DNA from: a virus
DNA length: 61,034 nucleotides
Virus record (IMG/VR): IMGVR_UViG_3300035540_000034
Span: 1 to 61,034 of that record
Reading direction: 5' to 3' (one strand)
The notes below the pieces were generated by a model. That model was not told where the DNA came from, made no database searches, and worked only from the letters and a program-made list of their open reading frames with translations. A program made the position numbers and the translations under genes. This document shows positions 43,623 through 53,120 of the stretch, in pieces (the stretch's first letter is position 1; every line of letters begins with the position of its first letter).

Positions 43623-44767
43623 TGTGGAAGAAACTAACTAATGAAGATACTCTAAACTCTGCTATTGACAACAGGCTCTCTGTTGCTGAGAAGAGTAACC
43701 TCAACTCTGGCAAGATGCCTAATGGTAATAGATATGATCTGGGGATGATCAATGATACTGCTGAATACGTTAAAGTAACTCCTTCTCAGAAAACCTTACT
43801 GACCAGTGCAACGTCTAGCAGAGGAGGTGCTGCTGGTACTATACCACTCAGGAGTGACGATGGTCAGATGCAGCTGGAAAACCTTGATGTTTACACTTTA
43901 GATGTAGATAATCCCAGCGGATATTCTGTCTTGAACTTATTCCGTAACACCGGTTATTTTGCTGACATTCATTTCTATGATGATGCTGAAAGTACAGGGG
44001 CACGGTTTAGACTTGATACTGATGATAATTTTAATATCATAGCTGTAAATGAATTGTCTATTGGCAGTGTTGATGATATGAACTTTACCCGTAACAGTAG
44101 ACTGCTGTTATCTCTAAAAGGTCCGCTAGATACCTTTCCTGGAGTTAATGTATATGATGCATTGCGAGTACATCCTAAAGATTCTTTGGAGAAACCTTTA
44201 TGTGTCCATGAGTATGGTGGAGACTCTGCTTTTCAAGTACAGGTAGATGGCAATACTAACCGCATTATACTTTCTGAAGACAACAGCCCTAAAGTTAAAA
44301 TCTCCAGTTCAGGCGACAGTTATCTAAACGGAGCTTTGGGAATATTGACCGATTCACCTAGCCATGCACTGGATGTCAATGGTAATGCTAGATTAGTGGG
44401 ATCATTGTACGTTAGCAATATTTACAGAAGCTCTGGTACTATGAGTATTGATGCTGATACTGGCATTGTTTTTAAAGGTCATGGTACTAGCTATATGGGC
44501 TTGAACGTAAACGATGCAGAAGTCAACTTCTGGAAACCTATCAACACTGGTCAAAATATAACTACTACCAGTAATATGAACGCTGGCCTGTATCAGACTG
44601 GCAGTTATTCTGGTCAAACAGAATTGATCACTGTTCTTACTGATATCTGGTATACCAATATGGGTGTTCTGCAAGTGAAACAACGTTCCGTACAAGTAAG
44701 AAATGGTATCGTAACCAACGTTGGCGCAGAGAGTGGCTGGATTACGCCACTAACTCAAAAGGTATAG
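43622..44767 (+). CDS. Tail fibre/spike-like protein (381 aa)
   Basis: Ser/Gly/Asn/Thr-rich beta composition. Position upstream of the fibre genes. Confidence 0.5.
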   Translation: MWKKLTNEDTLNSAIDNRLSVAEKSNLNSGKMPNGNRYDLGMINDTAEYVKVTPSQKTLLTSATSSRGGAAGTIPLRSDDGQMQLENLDVYTLDVDNPSGYSVLNLFRNTGYFADIHFYDDAESTGARFRLDTDDNFNIIAVNELSIGSVDDMNFTRNSRLLLSLKGPLDTFPGVNVYDALRVHPKDSLEKPLCVHEYGGDSAFQVQVDGNTNRIILSEDNSPKVKISSSGDSYLNGALGILTDSPSHALDVNGNARLVGSLYVSNIYRSSGTMSIDADTGIVFKGHGTSYMGLNVNDAEVNFWKPINTGQNITTTSNMNAGLYQTGSYSGQTELITVLTDIWYTNMGVLQVKQRSVQVRNGIVTNVGAESGWITPLTQKV

Positions 44768-44777
44768 AGGTAGCTAA

Positions 44778-44948
44778 ATGAACTATAAAACTCAGATCGA
44801 TAAGCAGATAAAAGATATGGAAGCAGTTAAGAGAGATTTGGAGATAAATATCTCTACTCTTAACGCAAAAATAAAAACGTTAAAAGAAAAGATAACAATG
44901 ACCAATGGGGGCATTACTGCTCTCAAAGAACTAAGAAAGAAGTTATAA
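44778..44948 (+). CDS. Small coiled-coil protein (56 aa), below the ORF-track cutoff
   Basis: Hand-translated MNYKTQIDKQIKDMEAVKRDLEINISTLNAKIKTLKEKITMTNGGITALKELRKKL. GAGG lies 8 nt upstream. Fills the gap between fibre genes. Confidence 0.5.
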   Translation: MNYKTQIDKQIKDMEAVKRDLEINISTLNAKIKTLKEKITMTNGGITALKELRKKL

Positions 44949-44958
44949 GGAGTAAATT

Positions 44959-45627
44959 ATGGGCTGGAAAAAGATAGTAAAAGCTAATGATGGCTTAGGT
45001 GTTGTAGATAGTGCTGCTAGTAACAAGCTTAGTAGTATAGCTACTGGTGCTGACGTAACAAGTGAAAATACTGCGGCCGGTATTGCAAACCAAGGGGGTT
45101 TGGCAACAAAAAATAGCGTTGATTTAGCGTCGACCGAAGTTACAAATAAGAGTTTGGCTAATTTAGACAGTACTGCAAATAACAAGCTTGATGGTATTCA
45201 AGCAGGAGCTGATGTTACATCTGAACATCAGGCAGCTAGTATCACGGGTCAAGGTGCCTTAGCAACCAAGAGCTCAGTTGATTTGGCAACTGAGGTTACA
45301 AATAAAAGCTTAGCTACTCTAGACAGTACTGCAAATAGCAAACTAGACGGTATTGAGTCAGGGGCTCAACAAAATACTGTTGATAGTGTTAATGGTAGTA
45401 CTGGAGCAGTTAGCCTTAGTGCTGCTAATGTTGGTGCTCGTCCTGATAGTTGGACACCTGAGGTTACTGATCTACCTTCTGGTATACCTAAGACTAAACT
45501 AGAAGCAAGTGTTCAGTCTGGAATCGTAACCCCGTATGCAGACCAAGCCTCTTTCCCTTCAAGCGCAGATGTAGGGGATTTAGCTAAGGCAAATGATACT
45601 GGCGAAGTTTATGTGTGGGTAGTTTAG
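44959..45627 (+). CDS. Tail fibre protein with internal 53-aa repeats (222 aa)
   Basis: N-terminus MGWKKI is shared with the next gene. Repeat NKL..I..GADVTSE...LATK.SVDLA.TEVTNKSLA.LDSTAN occurs 2.2 times. Confidence 0.6.
   Translation: MGWKKIVKANDGLGVVDSAASNKLSSIATGADVTSENTAAGIANQGGLATKNSVDLASTEVTNKSLANLDSTANNKLDGIQAGADVTSEHQAASITGQGALATKSSVDLATEVTNKSLATLDSTANSKLDGIESGAQQNTVDSVNGSTGAVSLSAANVGARPDSWTPEVTDLPSGIPKTKLEASVQSGIVTPYADQASFPSSADVGDLAKANDTGEVYVWVV
45022..45366 (+). repeat. In-frame tandem repeat (about 159 nt unit, 2.2 copies) inside the fibre gene
   Basis: Protein repeat units are aa 22-74, 75-126 and a partial 127-136. Confidence 0.7.
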
Positions 45628-45640
45628 AAAGGAGTAGATT

Positions 45641-46138
45641 ATGGGCTGGAAAAAGATAATAGATGATGCTGCTCTTAACCAAGAGCTAACCAAAAATGAA
45701 GCAGCGTTTTTCAAACAGTCGACTGAGCCTACCAATTCTGACTGTCAAACTCTTAAAGCTAGAGATCTTAAAGACGGTGATGTATGGTGGGATACAAGTA
45801 AGACTCCAATGCTGAAACATCTTTATGATGCAGATGCTTTGGCTTGGGTAGCAGAGTATAGTACTAACCCTGACAATATTGGCATCTCTGATAATGGAGA
45901 TGGTACCTATAGTGTTAAGGTGGATGGTTCTGGTAACGATAGTATTGATGTAGGTGCTGAGATAGCTAGTTCTGATGTAACTGATCTTTCAGACTCTAAC
46001 GGATCTCTTCTCAAAACCTATGATACTAAAACAACCCTAGATGCTGACACAAGCCAAAGTAGTGGAACTGTAGCTAAGGTAACAGATGACACTACACCTG
46101 AGAACAACGGTCTCTATGTTTACGATGGAGCTGTGTAA
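45641..46138 (+). CDS. Second fibre/receptor-binding candidate sharing the MGWKKI N-terminus (165 aa)
   Basis: RBS and first 6 codons are nearly identical to 44959 (AGGAGTA.ATTATGGGCTGGAAAAAGATA). Confidence 0.55.
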   Translation: MGWKKIIDDAALNQELTKNEAAFFKQSTEPTNSDCQTLKARDLKDGDVWWDTSKTPMLKHLYDADALAWVAEYSTNPDNIGISDNGDGTYSVKVDGSGNDSIDVGAEIASSDVTDLSDSNGSLLKTYDTKTTLDADTSQSSGTVAKVTDDTTPENNGLYVYDGAV

Positions 46139-46563
46139 TGCTGCTTCTCTTAGCGTTCTATGTAATTAGTATTATTGTTATCTGGTATATGGATGCAGAG
46201 CTACAGGCTAACATTTGGCAGATGGCTGACCCTGATAAAAAGAAACCAGGTGAGTTTCATCTTTTAAGGGTAGCTATACTTCTCATCATGTCAGTAACCT
46301 TTATAGTAGGATACTGGTCTGAGTTTGGGTGGTATATCATATTGATTACTATAGCCGCTATGTTAGTTGGAATTGTCATCTATGAATTCAGATATTGTTA
46401 TATAGTGTATGGAGACTGGAAGTTTTACAAACATTGGGGATATCAGATAGGCAAGTGGAGTATACTATACCCTAACTGGAAATACATGATCGCTATTATG
46501 TTTGCAGGACTTGTTAGCCTTGGTGTTTTAGTGAAGAGGATAGATGAACGTAACCGAACTTAA
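46138..46563 (+). CDS. Multi-pass membrane protein inside the tail module (141 aa)
   Basis: At least four hydrophobic helices. TAATG coupling. Confidence 0.55.
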   Translation: MLLLLAFYVISIIVIWYMDAELQANIWQMADPDKKKPGEFHLLRVAILLIMSVTFIVGYWSEFGWYIILITIAAMLVGIVIYEFRYCYIVYGDWKFYKHWGYQIGKWSILYPNWKYMIAIMFAGLVSLGVLVKRIDERNRT

Positions 46564-47218
46564 AGAAGTATGTCCTTATCTAACTAAGGACGGTATGAAT
46601 AAAGCTTACTGGGAAATAGTGCCTCAGCTCCGTTTGGAGCTGAAGGCCTTTCCCGTTATGATGCATTCTGAAGCTATTGGCATCAGTAAGGATCATCCTT
46701 TGGAAATGCTGGATGGATCTCCAGTAAAGGTGAAACAAATATCAGACATCATGGGAGTAAACATTGTGGATAGCTCTCATAAGAATGTCAGCTTAGGTAA
46801 TGGCATTATAGGTGACCCTAAGCTAGAGGGTTATAATTACGGTAGTGATTTTGACTTTTGTAACAACTATCATGAGGTAGTTCCAGAGGTATACCTAGAA
46901 GGTAACAAGCTAGTTTGTGATAATTATGACCAGATGGAAGGTACACCGGTAATGTTCTGGGTAACAGCTTATGTGTATCCTTTCCTGACTACAGATAACT
47001 CCTATGTGATCAACAGTGACTTAGAAGAGTTAGTACCGGAGATAGCAATATTGTGTGCAGGTATCAACCTAGCTAACTACTTCCTGAGCATGGGCTATTA
47101 TACTGAGGGGTCTAAGGTACAAAACCTAATGACTACTATTAACAAGATGTTTAACCAGAATGTGCCTCCTGCCTATACTGGTAATAAGGCTATGCGTCAG
47201 ATTAACACTTGGGGATAA
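46544..47218 (+). CDS. Hypothetical structural protein (224 aa)
   Basis: ORF in register. Confidence 0.55.
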   Translation: MNVTELKEVCPYLTKDGMNKAYWEIVPQLRLELKAFPVMMHSEAIGISKDHPLEMLDGSPVKVKQISDIMGVNIVDSSHKNVSLGNGIIGDPKLEGYNYGSDFDFCNNYHEVVPEVYLEGNKLVCDNYDQMEGTPVMFWVTAYVYPFLTTDNSYVINSDLEELVPEIAILCAGINLANYFLSMGYYTEGSKVQNLMTTINKMFNQNVPPAYTGNKAMRQINTWG

Positions 47219-47219
47219 A

Positions 47220-47783
47220 ATGAATCTTGAAGACAAACTAAATCAACAGATAGATTTTACTGCTTGCTTAGCTGAGTTTAAAAGATTACTGCCTGCTGAA
47301 TACTTTGACAGCTTTGTAACACGTAACATTAAACTTGATGGTGTTCCTGAGAAATGGAACATACTGAAATTAGATGACTCGGTAATAGTTCCACAGAATA
47401 TCTTCAACCTAAAATGGGCTAACGAGAATGTAATTCTTACTGAAACACCTCCTATTGCTACTGTAAGCGTAGATGCTAACCTGCAAGAAGATTATACCAA
47501 ATACAAAGCTACCAAGTCCGGCAAGTACATTATGGTATATTTCCCGGAAGAGGTAGACACGGTAAACTTAAAAGCCTACTGTGCTCTCAAATCTGAGATC
47601 TCAGAGCAGATAAAAGACAGTCTGGTTAGTTTACTGTTTATGTATATTAACAGAGATCAGAGCGGTTTCTTTAGCTCTATGAAGAATCTTGATGTTGCTA
47701 TTAAAAATTTTAAAGCATCTGAAAGAAACTATCCCAAGGTAACCCAACTCACCGATCGTAAACTAAATCCTTTTCAATTGTAA
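47220..47783 (+). CDS. Hypothetical structural protein (187 aa)
   Basis: ATG 47220 lies directly after the stop of the previous gene. The ORF-track start 47160 overlaps that gene. Confidence 0.55.
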   Translation: MNLEDKLNQQIDFTACLAEFKRLLPAEYFDSFVTRNIKLDGVPEKWNILKLDDSVIVPQNIFNLKWANENVILTETPPIATVSVDANLQEDYTKYKATKSGKYIMVYFPEEVDTVNLKAYCALKSEISEQIKDSLVSLLFMYINRDQSGFFSSMKNLDVAIKNFKASERNYPKVTQLTDRKLNPFQL

Positions 47784-47792
47784 GGAGATAAG

Positions 47793-48284
47793 ATGTTAAG
47801 TAGAGAAATAGAACAATATGGTCAGAACTTCATAGACGATCTCAGATCGGCTTTTGCAGTTATTGTCCATAACTTGATTGGCTTTATTGAGCATGATGTA
47901 ACAGAGCAACCTTTAGTACCTGCTGACATGTTAGCTCTTCGTAGTCGTAAAACCATTAACCCACTTTCAGGAAAGCTTAAGAAAATCTATGATATAGATA
48001 TCTACAACTACCAAGCTACTAACGAAGCTGGTATTCTGGGTAACCTTGTAATCAATAACGGTAGCAAGGTCGTGTTACCTGAAGCAACTGATAAAGACCA
48101 GCTGATTGTAGATGTTCTTGTTAAAGGTTTCCTTAAACTTTTAGAAGGTGATATGGCTACAGCCTATAACTCTAACCAGCTTGTTTACTTCTTAGGTAAA
48201 CTTGGCAATAAAAGCAAGAGTGATGTAGCCTTTGCAGAGTTAGATAAAGACACTCCTGCTAATCTAAAACCCTTCCAAATATAA
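47793..48284 (+). CDS. Hypothetical structural protein (163 aa)
   Basis: AAGGAG RBS. Confidence 0.6.
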   Translation: MLSREIEQYGQNFIDDLRSAFAVIVHNLIGFIEHDVTEQPLVPADMLALRSRKTINPLSGKLKKIYDIDIYNYQATNEAGILGNLVINNGSKVVLPEATDKDQLIVDVLVKGFLKLLEGDMATAYNSNQLVYFLGKLGNKSKSDVAFAELDKDTPANLKPFQI

Positions 48285-48299
48285 GCGATGGAGGCAAGC

Positions 48300-48554
48300 A
48301 TGAAAATAAAACCTACAAATGACAACTTATTAGTAGAACCTAACCATTCTAAACAAAAGGCTGGTAAGATCTACATGCCGGATACAGTTAAATCTAACAC
48401 TAAAGCTGGTAAAGTATTGGCTGTAGGAGAACTGGCTCAACATGTACAAGAGGGAGATACAATTGTTTACAGAAGTGGTATAAAGCTTAAAGACAACAAT
48501 CTGATAGTTAAGAGAGTTGACGTTGTTGCTGTAATAGGAAGAAGTAATGGCTAA
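48300..48554 (+). CDS. GroES/Cpn10-like co-chaperonin (84 aa)
   Basis: IKPTNDNLLVEP....KQKAGKIYMPDT......KAGKVLAVG.....V.EGDTIVY....L.IV...DVVAVI is collinear with bacterial GroES. ATG 48300 lies 5 nt after GGAGG. Confidence 0.7.
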   Translation: MKIKPTNDNLLVEPNHSKQKAGKIYMPDTVKSNTKAGKVLAVGELAQHVQEGDTIVYRSGIKLKDNNLIVKRVDVVAVIGRSNG

Positions 48555-51500
48555 AGATTATAGCAAGATCAATGAACTTGAATCTCCTAATTATGATGTT
48601 CGTAGTGGACGTAGCAGTCATACAATAGGTAAGAGTAGACCTTACTCTACTACTGTTGGTAGAGGTAAACCTTTCTCTACCACACTGGGTAGAGGTAAGC
48701 CTTTCTCACAGCAAATATCACGCTCTCAGGGGTTTTCTAAACCTGTAGGACGTGCAACACCTTTTAGTAAACCAATAAGCCAGAAACGTAGTTTCTCTAA
48801 GCCAGTCACCCAGAAACAGAGTTTTTCTAAACCAATAAGTCAGAAACGTAGTTTTAGTAAGCCTATTACTCAGAAGCAATCTTTCTCTAAGCCTGTAAGC
48901 CAGAAACGACCTTTTAGTTCTCAGTTATCTAAGAAGCAAGCCTTTTCCAAACCAGTATCTCAAAAGCAAAGCTTCTCTAAACCTATAGCTCAAAAGCAAA
49001 GCTTCTCTAAACCGGTAGCTCAGAGTCAGGCTTTTTCTAAACCAATAAGCAGTAAGAGGCAAGGTAGTTTTAGTTTGATAAGGTCTCAAGCTAAGATGCT
49101 GGATGTGTTTAATACTGCTCAGATAGGCTGGAGCAATGTTACTAGTAAGCAAGGTGTAAAAATAGATGAAGCTTTAGATGCAGATGCTTCTTTGGTTTCT
49201 GGAGCAGTTTCTCCTGGGACTGTGTTTGGATTAAGCAGAGATATGGGTTATGGAGTTCCAGGTTATGAAGAGGTTGTTCTTAATGAAGTCTCCACAAGAT
49301 CTACAGAATATGTTTTAAGGTATATAAATATTCAGTCAGTACCTATCAGAAGTGATGGCACAACTCCTGTAGCAAGAAGTTTGTCTGCTACTGAAGCTCC
49401 TTATATTAAAAGACCTAAAACAATAGATGTTTATATTCCGTTTGATAACGTGGCTAACTCTTATATGATACCTTTTGTACCTATTTTAGCTAAAATGAAA
49501 TTTGCAGTTAATGTGTCCACTGGAGAACGAAGGCCTTGGATTAATTTCAATATTCCAATTGGTTCTTATAATGGACAGGTTTCTACTCCTGCTAATGATA
49601 GTGATGATATGGGTTTTTACGATCTCAATAGTTCTAAGATTTCAAGGATTATCTTTAACGAAGTAGTAACTGTTGATGATAGTTATACTGACAATACTGG
49701 TGCGACTCGCCCTAACGATAGGTTTTCTATTGAAGGTAATAGCAATAGCTCAGATTTGTTTATAACGGATAGCGAGTCTGATGGCTTTGGTGATAATTGT
49801 TTGTGCCCGATAAGTGGAGAGGGTAGTTATATTATTAGAAAAACTGAATATCCGTACAAAGAGATAAGCTCAAGCTATGACGGTGACGGTGGAGCCTTAA
49901 TGTGTATAAGGTATTCTGTAACCTTTATTGACGAATTGTTTGATGGCAGAGCTATTAAGCCTGGAGACGTTAACTCTGAAGTTTCTAGTGCTGGTGTTGC
50001 TACTATGTTATTAAAACCAATCAAGTATGCTTACCAAGAATCCACAAACGACTATGATATGTTTCCTGAAAGCAATATGCAGTCTGTTAGTGTTGTACAA
50101 GATGATAAAGTAGCTTTTTCTAATTCTGAAAAAGTCAGTGATGATGATAATGTTGATGACTATTCCTATACCTTTACTCCTAGTGGTTATGATCAAAGAA
50201 AGATAGGTATAATTACAGGCAGTGTAAGTTCAAGCAATACTTTTGTTTTTTATATAGACGAACCTACCCATAATTTTGCCCATCGTCAGTATGACTTTAA
50301 CCTTCTTAATCGAGATCTTAGGATTACTTCTATTAGTAGTATAAAATTTAAAAAGGTTGAGGTTATAGATATACTGCCAGAGAAGGAAATGTATAAAGTT
50401 ACTGTTACAGTAAACGGTTCCAAAGACCTTACTGTAATGCTTGAATATAAAAAGATAGATCAATGGGAGCTTGGAAATAAAGTTGATGACTTTGACCCTA
50501 ATACTAAAATATTGACAGCAAAATATTTAGAGTATCCTGAAGATCTTTTTGTAAACTTTGGTACTAGTTATACGATAAATGATACTGCGTTAGGTATTGC
50601 AAATTTTGCAGGAAGTTGTAGCGAGTGTTCTCATGCATTATATGAAAAGACCATAGAACCTCAAGTTATGAACAGTATTGCTCAAGCGGTCACGAAGCCT
50701 GTTTTAATAGAAGAAGACTTTGTGCTTGGTAATGGTTTTATTGCTTCTGTTCCTGATGTTAGTATGGGCGAAAAACCTTTTGCTATATGGAAAGATGAAT
50801 ATGAGTTTTGTATGTTAGGCTCATCGCTTCCTTTAATATTTCCACACAAAAATCCTTATTCTTTAAATATGCAGGCTCTACGAGATATTGGAGTACCAGT
50901 AGGATCTTCGGACTTGGAAGCTATACATAATTACGCTTCACCCATAACAGGCAGTATGAATTTTCTCTTTACTCCCTCTATAACTAATGGTAATGTATAT
51001 GCTTCTATGCCTACAAAAACTAAAGAATATTTAGGCGGCAATTTAAAAAGCAATCATTATGGAAATAAAATACAAAAAGTTGTGAATGACTTTGGAGCAA
51101 AGTTTATACAATACAATAACAGGTTTTATCAAGCAGCAAATAACTATGAAAGACTTTATCTTGGTAGTAAAAGGGTTGTTCCTGAAGTTGGGGAGTTCTT
51201 TTGTATTAAAGGATTCATACTGGCATCTGGAGAAACGGATACCAACCTTTATAAAATAACAGTCAATGAAACTTCTGGTGAGCTAATTACTGAAAAAACA
51301 GCAACAATAGCTGGCAAGGTTCTGGAAGAGCCTATCAGTAAAAGCAATGGGATTTTACTTCCTGTTAGAAAGTCTGGTAGAAACTTTTTATATACTATAC
51401 TACCAGACGGTAAATCAATGTATGTAAAAGAGATTGCGAATAGAGAAGTTGTAAAGAAGTTAACAATAGAAGGAGTGGGAGACATTTACATCGCCTTCAA

Positions 51501-51981
51501 CTACAACGACTCTAGTAATACTGATATTTATATATATTCTGTAACCAATGATCTTGGTATTGTTACTCACTCTAAAGTAACCTCAGATAGTGCTATTGTT
51601 AATCTCAGTGAACATAAAGGTTTAATATATACTTCGGTAACCATTGAAGCAGCTGAAGGTGAGGACTACACGCTTGGTGCAGATCTTATCGGGTCAACCT
51701 ACCAAATTACCAGTTCTCAGCTAAATATGGGTAAATACCCTGAGTCAGAATCTATAGCTGACAACATAACTTTTACCTATAAGGACGCCTGTTCTGCTGG
51801 GTATCAAGTTACTATAAATGACACAGATTATGGGCCTTATAACTTTAGTAACAGTAAGGTACATAGGGTTATGCTACCCAAACAACCAATCAAAACTTTT
51901 AAATACAAAGTTCTGGATTGCAACGGAACACTTCTGGATGTAAAACTGGGAGTAAAAAACTTTAACGGAAACATTGAATAG
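48547..51981 (+). CDS. Large tail/virion protein (1,144 aa) with a basic N-terminal decapeptide repeat array
   Basis: About 15 copies of a (Q/G)(K/R)xxFSKPxx unit, then a long AT-rich beta-type region. Confidence 0.6.
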   Translation: MAKDYSKINELESPNYDVRSGRSSHTIGKSRPYSTTVGRGKPFSTTLGRGKPFSQQISRSQGFSKPVGRATPFSKPISQKRSFSKPVTQKQSFSKPISQKRSFSKPITQKQSFSKPVSQKRPFSSQLSKKQAFSKPVSQKQSFSKPIAQKQSFSKPVAQSQAFSKPISSKRQGSFSLIRSQAKMLDVFNTAQIGWSNVTSKQGVKIDEALDADASLVSGAVSPGTVFGLSRDMGYGVPGYEEVVLNEVSTRSTEYVLRYINIQSVPIRSDGTTPVARSLSATEAPYIKRPKTIDVYIPFDNVANSYMIPFVPILAKMKFAVNVSTGERRPWINFNIPIGSYNGQVSTPANDSDDMGFYDLNSSKISRIIFNEVVTVDDSYTDNTGATRPNDRFSIEGNSNSSDLFITDSESDGFGDNCLCPISGEGSYIIRKTEYPYKEISSSYDGDGGALMCIRYSVTFIDELFDGRAIKPGDVNSEVSSAGVATMLLKPIKYAYQESTNDYDMFPESNMQSVSVVQDDKVAFSNSEKVSDDDNVDDYSYTFTPSGYDQRKIGIITGSVSSSNTFVFYIDEPTHNFAHRQYDFNLLNRDLRITSISSIKFKKVEVIDILPEKEMYKVTVTVNGSKDLTVMLEYKKIDQWELGNKVDDFDPNTKILTAKYLEYPEDLFVNFGTSYTINDTALGIANFAGSCSECSHALYEKTIEPQVMNSIAQAVTKPVLIEEDFVLGNGFIASVPDVSMGEKPFAIWKDEYEFCMLGSSLPLIFPHKNPYSLNMQALRDIGVPVGSSDLEAIHNYASPITGSMNFLFTPSITNGNVYASMPTKTKEYLGGNLKSNHYGNKIQKVVNDFGAKFIQYNNRFYQAANNYERLYLGSKRVVPEVGEFFCIKGFILASGETDTNLYKITVNETSGELITEKTATIAGKVLEEPISKSNGILLPVRKSGRNFLYTILPDGKSMYVKEIANREVVKKLTIEGVGDIYIAFNYNDSSNTDIYIYSVTNDLGIVTHSKVTSDSAIVNLSEHKGLIYTSVTIEAAEGEDYTLGADLIGSTYQITSSQLNMGKYPESESIADNITFTYKDACSAGYQVTINDTDYGPYNFSNSKVHRVMLPKQPIKTFKYKVLDCNGTLLDVKLGVKNFNGNIE
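48628..49077 (+). repeat. In-frame 30-nt tandem repeat array (about 15 units) encoding QK(Q/R)SFSKP(I/V)x
   Basis: Read directly: cagaaacgtagtttctctaagccagtcacc and variants. Confidence 0.9.
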
Positions 51982-51989
51982 GAGACATT

Positions 51990-52778
51990 ATGGGACTTTT
52001 TGACGGACTTAACATAGAAGAAATAATAGGTAAGGCAGGAAGCTTAGGCGGGTTTGGACTAGGTCTTACTGGTATTGGAGGGCCTCTTACGCTTGGACTC
52101 TTAGCTGCTGGATCTTCTCTAGCTACTCAATATGGACAGGAGAAGCGTAAGAAAGAAGCTAGGAATGAACTAAAGAAAAGCATAGAAGAGCAAAGAAAAA
52201 TAGCTGAAAACTCTAGAGCAGAAGCTGCCTCAAAGAACCGTTCTGCTTGGAACAAAGCAGCTCATCTTGCTGGTGCTGGTCAGGAGAAAGCTGCTTCTGC
52301 CATGTATGGCCAAGAGGTTAGTGCTAATACTCAAGCTGCCAGTCAGACAAGAAATAGAGCTATGTCTAGGGCAGCAGAGTTAAAGGCAGAAAAAGGTAAA
52401 TACGGTAAAGGCAGTGATTGGGCTATCGCGGGTAAAGCCCTTGCTGAAGGGGCTGCTTCTTATGTTACTGCTAGTGCTCTTGGAGGTAAAGGAAAGAATC
52501 CTCCTGAACCTCCTAAACCTCCTAAACCTAAGCCTGACATAGGGCCTGATATAAATATAGAACATGATGTAGATATAAAGCCGCTAAAAGAAGATATAAA
52601 TCTATTGGGCTCAGGGAATAGTTATGTTGATACTGACCTTCCCTTAAACCAGCAACTCTTTCAACCAAATCTGACACACGTTAGTAAACAAATACTAAAC
52701 AGACCTATGAGAACTAGGTTTAACAACAACCTAAGACCAAGAATAGACTTCGGAATACCAGTAGGTAGATGGGAGTAA
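51990..52778 (+). CDS. Gly/Ala-rich virion protein with PPEPPKPPKPKP linker (262 aa)
   Basis: N-terminal hydrophobic Gly-rich segment GGFGLGLTGIGGPLTLGLLAAG. Helical Ala/Lys-rich middle. Confidence 0.55.
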   Translation: MGLFDGLNIEEIIGKAGSLGGFGLGLTGIGGPLTLGLLAAGSSLATQYGQEKRKKEARNELKKSIEEQRKIAENSRAEAASKNRSAWNKAAHLAGAGQEKAASAMYGQEVSANTQAASQTRNRAMSRAAELKAEKGKYGKGSDWAIAGKALAEGAASYVTASALGGKGKNPPEPPKPPKPKPDIGPDINIEHDVDIKPLKEDINLLGSGNSYVDTDLPLNQQLFQPNLTHVSKQILNRPMRTRFNNNLRPRIDFGIPVGRWE

Positions 52779-52781
52779 AGC

Positions 52782-53105
52782 ATGGATAACAAAAATTATG
52801 TAAACCCAATATTGCAATCGATAATGAACTATGCCAACATTCGCATGGCTCGTAGAAGACAACGTCTCGAAGAAGCTAAACTGCATGAGCAAAGCTGGTA
52901 TCGTAGGCAGTATCTAAAGAAACAGGATAAAGCAAACAAAGAAACTAAGGATAAACTTAATCTCATACAAGAGAGGCTTACTGCCGGGAAAGACAACAAG
53001 CCTACTAAGAACAGAAGACCTTTCAGTTATAACCCTTACGATTCTAATCTTGGTAAGAAAAGATCTCTTCTCTTGAGGAATAAATTTTTGAGTAGTAACA
53101 GATAG
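52782..53105 (+). CDS. Highly basic small protein (107 aa)
   Basis: Arg/Lys-rich throughout. Candidate DNA- or RNA-associated internal protein. Confidence 0.5.
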   Translation: MDNKNYVNPILQSIMNYANIRMARRRQRLEEAKLHEQSWYRRQYLKKQDKANKETKDKLNLIQERLTAGKDNKPTKNRRPFSYNPYDSNLGKKRSLLLRNKFLSSNR

Positions 53106-53120
53106 TTATAGGGAGTATAG

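Noticed and set aside
48628-49077. Regular 30-nt periodicity that could be mistaken for a CRISPR array
   Set aside because: The units are contiguous with no spacers. They are in frame inside a long ORF and drift like a coding repeat. The minus-strand ORF 48925..49152 is a by-product.
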